DNA of 32,000 nucleotides from Dickeya solani IPO 2222 (GTDB lineage Bacteria; Pseudomonadota; Gammaproteobacteria; Enterobacterales; Enterobacteriaceae): NCBI RefSeq assembly GCF_001644705.1, contig NZ_CP015137.1, positions 1,470,001 to 1,502,000 of the forward strand, read 5' to 3'. Shown piece by piece: positions 27,947 to 32,000 of this stretch (position 1 is its first letter; each line of letters starts with the position of its first letter). The notes under the pieces were generated by a model. It saw only the letters and a program-made list of their open reading frames with translations, ran no database searches and was not told where the DNA came from. The position numbers and the translations under genes were made by a program.

Positions 27947-28073
27947 TATACCCTAAATAATTCGAGTTGCAGGAAGGCGGCAACGCAGCGAATCCCCGGG
28001 AGCTTACATCAGTAAGTGACTGGGGTGAGTGAGGAAAGCCAACGCATCTGCAACTTGAAGTATGACGGGTATA
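27947..28073. repeat. ERIC (enterobacterial repetitive intergenic consensus / IRU) element, full length about 127 bp
   Basis: The core GAATCCCCGGGAGCTTACATCAGTAAGTGACTGGGGTGAGTGAGG matches the ERIC1R/ERIC2 primer regions nearly base for base. The flanks ATTCGAGTTGCAGGAAGGCGGCAA and AAAGCCAACGCATCTGCAACTTGAAGTATGACGGGTATA also match. Terminal inverted repeats are TATACCC/GGGTATA. Confidence 0.9.
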
Positions 28074-28161
28074 TAGGGTTGATTGCGACGGTTCCTTGAT
28101 ACGCCCTCTCCCGTCTTACGCGCGGCAGCAATAGCCCGAGCGTGGAACAGACACAACACTT

Positions 28162-28177
28162 TGTTAGCAGGCCGACA
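28162..28177. promoter_or_regulatory. NifA UAS for nifJ
   Basis: Perfect TGT-N10-ACA (TGTTAGCAGGCCGACA), about 120 bp upstream of the nifJ -24 element. Confidence 0.65.
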
Positions 28178-28293
28178 GGATGTCGCAGTCCGTGTCTTGT
28201 TCCGCCCAATCACACTGGCGCGACATTGCCCCAGCCGCCGCAGAGTCTATCGCAACCCATTCAATCTTCTGACTTTCCTGTATCTGGCGCTAA

Positions 28294-28310
28294 CTGGCAT
28301 AAGCCGTGCT
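28294..28310 (+). promoter_or_regulatory. sigma54 -24/-12 promoter of nifJ
   Basis: CTGGCATAAGCCGTGCT, with GG-N10-GC exact, about 75 nt upstream of the nifJ ATG. Confidence 0.65.
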
Positions 28311-28385
28311 AGGTCAGCCCATGACGGTGCGCCAGCCGGCAGAGCGTGGCTGGCGGCCTTCGACACCACAGAGAGGAACCCGTAC

Positions 28386-31300
28386 ATGGCAAGAAAGATG
28401 AAAACAATGGATGGCAACGCGGCGGCAGCGTATATCTCGTACGCCTTTACCGAAGTGGCGGCCATCTATCCCATCACCCCTTCCACGCCGATGGCTGAAA
28501 ACGTGGATGAATGGGCGGCGCAGGGCAAAAAAAATCTGTTCGGCCAGCCGGTCAGAATGGTGGAAATGCAGTCGGAAGCCGGCGCGGCGGCGGCGGTGCA
28601 CGGTTCGCTACAGGCCGGCGCGCTTACCACCACCTATACCGCGTCGCAGGGATTGCTGCTGATGATCCCCAACCTCTACAAAATCGCCGGGGAGCTCTTG
28701 CCGGCGGTGTTCCACGTTAGCGCCCGCGCGCTGGCCACCAGTTCACTCAATATCTTCGGCGACCATCAGGACGTGATGGCGGTGCGGCAAACCGGCTGCG
28801 CCATGCTGGCGGAAAGCAGCGTGCAGCAGGTGATGGATCTGTCCGCGGTGGCGCATCTGGCGGCGATCAAAGGCCGGGTGCCGTTCATCAACTTCTTCGA
28901 CGGCTTTCGTACCTCCCACGAGATCCAGAAGATCGAACTGCTGGAGTACGACGAACTGGCTACGCTGCTGGACCGGGAGGCGGTGGACAGTTTTCGCCGC
29001 CGCGCCCTGCATCCGGACCATCCGGTGGCGCGCGGCACCGCGCAAAATCCGGATATCTACTTTCAGGAGCGGGAATCGGTCAATCGTTTCTATCAGACGC
29101 TGCCGGACCTGGTGGAAGAGACCATGGCGCACATCGGCCAGCTCACCGGCCGCGAATACCATCTGTTCAACTATTACGGCGTGCCGGATGCCGAACGCCT
29201 GATTATCGCGATGGGCTCGGTATGCGAGACCATCGCGGAAACCGTCGATTACCTCAACCAGCGCGGGGAAAAGGTCGGGCTGCTGACCGTGCACCTGTAC
29301 CGCCCGTTCTCGCTGACGCATTTTTTTGCCGCCATCCCACCGACGGTGCAGCGCATCGCGGTGCTGGACCGCACCAAGGAGCCGGGCGCGCAGGCTGAAC
29401 CGCTGTATCTGGACGTCAAAAACGCCTTCTATAACCACGACGCCCGGCCGCTGATCGTCGGCGGGCGTTATGCGCTGGGCGGCAAAGACATCGCACCGAC
29501 GCATATCGCCGCGGTGTTTACTAACCTGCTGCGCCCGATGCCGCAGGACGGCTTTACCGTCGGCATCGTGGACGACGTGACCCACAGCTCGCTGCCGCTG
29601 CCGGTCGACGACATCGACACCGCGCCTGAGGGCACCACCGCCTGCAAGTTCTGGGGGCTGGGCTCCGACGGCACGGTAGGCGCCAACAAAAGCGCCATCA
29701 AGATCATCGGCGACCAGACGCCGATGTACGCACAGGCCTATTTCTCCTACGACTCGAAAAAATCCGGCGGCATTACCGTCTCGCACCTGCGTTTCGGCAC
29801 CCAGCCGATTACCTCGCCATACCTGATTCGCAACGCCGACTTTATCGCCTGCTCGCAGCAATCCTACGTGGAAAAATACGATCTGCTGACGGGGTTGAAA
29901 CCCGGCGGCACCTTCCTGCTTAACTGCACCTGGAGCCCGGCGGCGTTGGAAGACGCACTACCGGCGGCGATGAAGCGCTATCTGGCGCACAACCAGATCC
30001 GCTTCTACGTGGTCAACGCGGTGGACATTGCACAACAGCTCGGGCTCGGCGGCCGCTTCAACATGATCATGCAGGCGGCGTTCTTCAAGCTGACCGGGAT
30101 CATTCCCGCCGAGACCGCCGCCGACTACCTGAAAAGCGCCGTCACCCATACCTATGGCAAGAAAGGCCAGCACGTGGTGGCGATGAATCAGGCCGCCATC
30201 GATCAGGGCATGTTAGCGCCGGTTCAGGTAGCGATTCCGGCGCACTGGGCCGACCTGCCGGAACCGACGGTCTCCGCCGCCGCGCTGCCCGAGTTTATCC
30301 GGCGCATTCTGACGCCGATGAACCGGCAGGAAGGCGATAGCTTGCCGGTCAGCGCCTTTACCGGCATGGAAGACGGCACCTTTCCGCTCGGCACCGCGGC
30401 GTTTGAGAAACGCGGCATCGCCATCAGCGTGCCTGCCTGGCAGCCGGAAGGCTGCACCCAGTGCAACCAGTGCGCGTTTATCTGCCCGCACGCCGCCATC
30501 CGCCCGGCGCTGTTGACCGACGAGGAGCGCGCGCTGGCGCCCGACACCCTGCTCAGCAAACCGGCCACCGGCGCCAAAACCCTGCACTATCATCTGGCGG
30601 TGTCGCCGCTGGACTGCTCCGGCTGCGGCAACTGCGTGGATATCTGCCCGTCGCGCGGCAAATCGCTGACCATGCAGCCGCTGACGTCGCAGCAACCCAA
30701 AATCGCGCTGTGGGAACAGGTGCTCGGCCTGCAGCCCAAGCCGAACCCGTTCAATAAAACCACCGTCAAGGGCAGCCAGTTCGAGACGCCGCTGCTGGAG
30801 TTCTCCGGTGCCTGCGCCGGGTGCGGCGAAACCCCGTACGCCCGGCTGGTGACCCAGTTGTTTGGCGACCGCATGCTGATTGCCAACGCCACCGGCTGTT
30901 CCTCCATCTGGGGCGCCAGCGCGCCGTCCATCCCTTATACCGCCAACCACCGCGGACACGGCCCCGCCTGGGCCAACTCGCTGTTTGAGGACAACGCCGA
31001 ATTCGGGCTGGGGATGCTGCTTGGCGGCAACGCCATCCGCGAACAGTTGGCCAGCGACGCCGCGGCGGCGTTGATGCGGCCGCTCAGCCCGGCGCTGACC
31101 GACGCGCTCAATCTGTGGCTGGAGCTGAAAGACCGCGGCGACGGCACCCGCGAGCGGGCCGATCGAGTCATCGCCCTGCTTGAGCATGAAAAAGGCGACG
31201 ACCCGTTGCTCAACCGTCTCTACCAAAACCGGGATTACCTCGCCAAACGTTCGCAATGGATTTTCGGCGGCGACGGCTGGGCTTACGACATTGGCTTCGG

Positions 31301-31895
31301 CGGGCTGGACCATGTGCTGGCCTCCGGCGAGGACATTAACGTGCTGGTGTTCGACACCGAGGTCTATTCCAACACCGGCGGCCAGTCGTCCAAATCCACC
31401 CCGGCGGCGGCGATGGCGAAATTCGCCGCCGAAGGCAAGCGCACCCGCAAGAAAGACCTCGGCCTGATGGCGATGAGTTACGGTTACGTGTACGTGGCGC
31501 AGGTAGCGATGGGCGCGGACAAGGCGCAAACGCTACGGGCTATCGCCGAAGCGGAAGCCCACCCCGGCCCGTCGCTGGTCATCGCCTACGCCGCCTGCAT
31601 CAACCACGGACTGAAAGCCGGCATGGGGTGCAGCCAGCGGGAAACCCAAAAGGCGGTGGAGTCGGGATACTGGAACCTGTACCGCTTCAACCCACAACTA
31701 CAGGCGGCAGGCAAAAACCCGTTCACGCTGGACTCCGACGAGCCGGAAGCCGATTTCCAGGACTTCCTGATGGGCGAAGTTCGCTACAGCGCACTGCAAC
31801 GCCAGTACCCGGAGCTGGCAAGCCAACTGTTCGCCAAAACCGAGCAGGACGCCAGGGCGCGTTTCGAGCACTATAAACGTCTGGCGGAAGGGTAA
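28386..31895 (+). CDS. nifJ: NifJ pyruvate:flavodoxin oxidoreductase
   Basis: 1169 aa from MARKMKTMDGNAAAAYISYAFTEVAAIYPITPSTPMAE. Two ferredoxin-type motifs (CTQCNQCAFICP, CSGCGNCVDICP) and a TPP site (GGDGWAYDIGFGGLDH). SD GAGAGGAA. The track ORF start at 28083 runs through the promoter and is rejected. Confidence 0.96.
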   Translation: MARKMKTMDGNAAAAYISYAFTEVAAIYPITPSTPMAENVDEWAAQGKKNLFGQPVRMVEMQSEAGAAAAVHGSLQAGALTTTYTASQGLLLMIPNLYKIAGELLPAVFHVSARALATSSLNIFGDHQDVMAVRQTGCAMLAESSVQQVMDLSAVAHLAAIKGRVPFINFFDGFRTSHEIQKIELLEYDELATLLDREAVDSFRRRALHPDHPVARGTAQNPDIYFQERESVNRFYQTLPDLVEETMAHIGQLTGREYHLFNYYGVPDAERLIIAMGSVCETIAETVDYLNQRGEKVGLLTVHLYRPFSLTHFFAAIPPTVQRIAVLDRTKEPGAQAEPLYLDVKNAFYNHDARPLIVGGRYALGGKDIAPTHIAAVFTNLLRPMPQDGFTVGIVDDVTHSSLPLPVDDIDTAPEGTTACKFWGLGSDGTVGANKSAIKIIGDQTPMYAQAYFSYDSKKSGGITVSHLRFGTQPITSPYLIRNADFIACSQQSYVEKYDLLTGLKPGGTFLLNCTWSPAALEDALPAAMKRYLAHNQIRFYVVNAVDIAQQLGLGGRFNMIMQAAFFKLTGIIPAETAADYLKSAVTHTYGKKGQHVVAMNQAAIDQGMLAPVQVAIPAHWADLPEPTVSAAALPEFIRRILTPMNRQEGDSLPVSAFTGMEDGTFPLGTAAFEKRGIAISVPAWQPEGCTQCNQCAFICPHAAIRPALLTDEERALAPDTLLSKPATGAKTLHYHLAVSPLDCSGCGNCVDICPSRGKSLTMQPLTSQQPKIALWEQVLGLQPKPNPFNKTTVKGSQFETPLLEFSGACAGCGETPYARLVTQLFGDRMLIANATGCSSIWGASAPSIPYTANHRGHGPAWANSLFEDNAEFGLGMLLGGNAIREQLASDAAAALMRPLSPALTDALNLWLELKDRGDGTRERADRVIALLEHEKGDDPLLNRLYQNRDYLAKRSQWIFGGDGWAYDIGFGGLDHVLASGEDINVLVFDTEVYSNTGGQSSKSTPAAAMAKFAAEGKRTRKKDLGLMAMSYGYVYVAQVAMGADKAQTLRAIAEAEAHPGPSLVIAYAACINHGLKAGMGCSQRETQKAVESGYWNLYRFNPQLQAAGKNPFTLDSDEPEADFQDFLMGEVRYSALQRQYPELASQLFAKTEQDARARFEHYKRLAEG

Positions 31896-31947
31896 CTCCG
31901 CCAGACATTGCTAAAGCTAAAGATTGGCAAGGATCGCCGGTTTATCC

Positions 31948-31968
31948 GGCGCCTGCGTTGCAGGCGCC
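31948..31968 (+). terminator. GC-rich hairpin downstream of nifJ (possible terminator or REP-like element)
   Basis: Perfect 9-bp stem GGCGCCTGC-gtt-GCAGGCGCC, overlapping an alternative CGCCGG-tttat-CCGGCG hairpin. There is no T-run. TTATCCGGC resembles REP cores. Confidence 0.3.
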
Positions 31969-32000
31969 ATCTGAAAACGGAGCGGAACGCCCGATCATTC

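Noticed and set aside
28004-28213. Track ORFs 28004-28213(-) and 28009-28209(-).
   Set aside because: They lie across the ERIC element and the nifJ UAS and have no SD. ERIC-internal ORFs are known artefacts.

Overview
The window holds one complete Klebsiella-type (enterobacterial) nitrogen-fixation regulon. All 20 canonical nif genes are present in the canonical order, read right to left: nifQ-nifB and nifA-nifL (minus), nifF (plus), nifM-Z-W-V-S-U (minus), nifX-N-E (minus), nifY-T-K-D-H (minus), nifJ (plus). Seven sigma54 -24/-12 promoters (GG-N10-GC) can be read directly upstream of nifB, nifLA, nifF, nifU, nifE, nifH and nifJ. Six of them have a perfect NifA UAS (TGT-N10-ACA); nifLA has NtrC-like sites instead. 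The unusual part is that all four inter-operon junctions that are open in this layout carry non-nif cargo. (1) nifF|nifM holds an AdaA-AlkA fusion plus Ogt alkylation-repair pair, with a 10-copy 15-bp tandem array between them and an 80-bp antisense overlap of ogt into nifM. (2) nifU|nifX holds an extremely AT-rich islet with a 133-aa secreted orphan. (3) nifE|nifY holds a full-length methyl-accepting chemotaxis protein (MCP) plus a small STN-domain lipoprotein. (4) nifH|nifJ holds an AT-rich islet with a 248-aa beta-rich orphan next to a textbook ERIC element. A second MCP gene runs off the left edge. I saw no rRNA, tRNA, CRISPR, transposase or integrase. Most long track ORFs antisense to nif genes are high-GC artefacts. 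I did not find a convincing multi-gene novel system. The best leads are the repeat arrays (the 15-bp array and a 17-bp UAS-half-site array), the chemoreceptor embedded next to a NifA UAS, and the two AT-rich orphan islets. All homology calls come from reading the translations, since no database search was possible.
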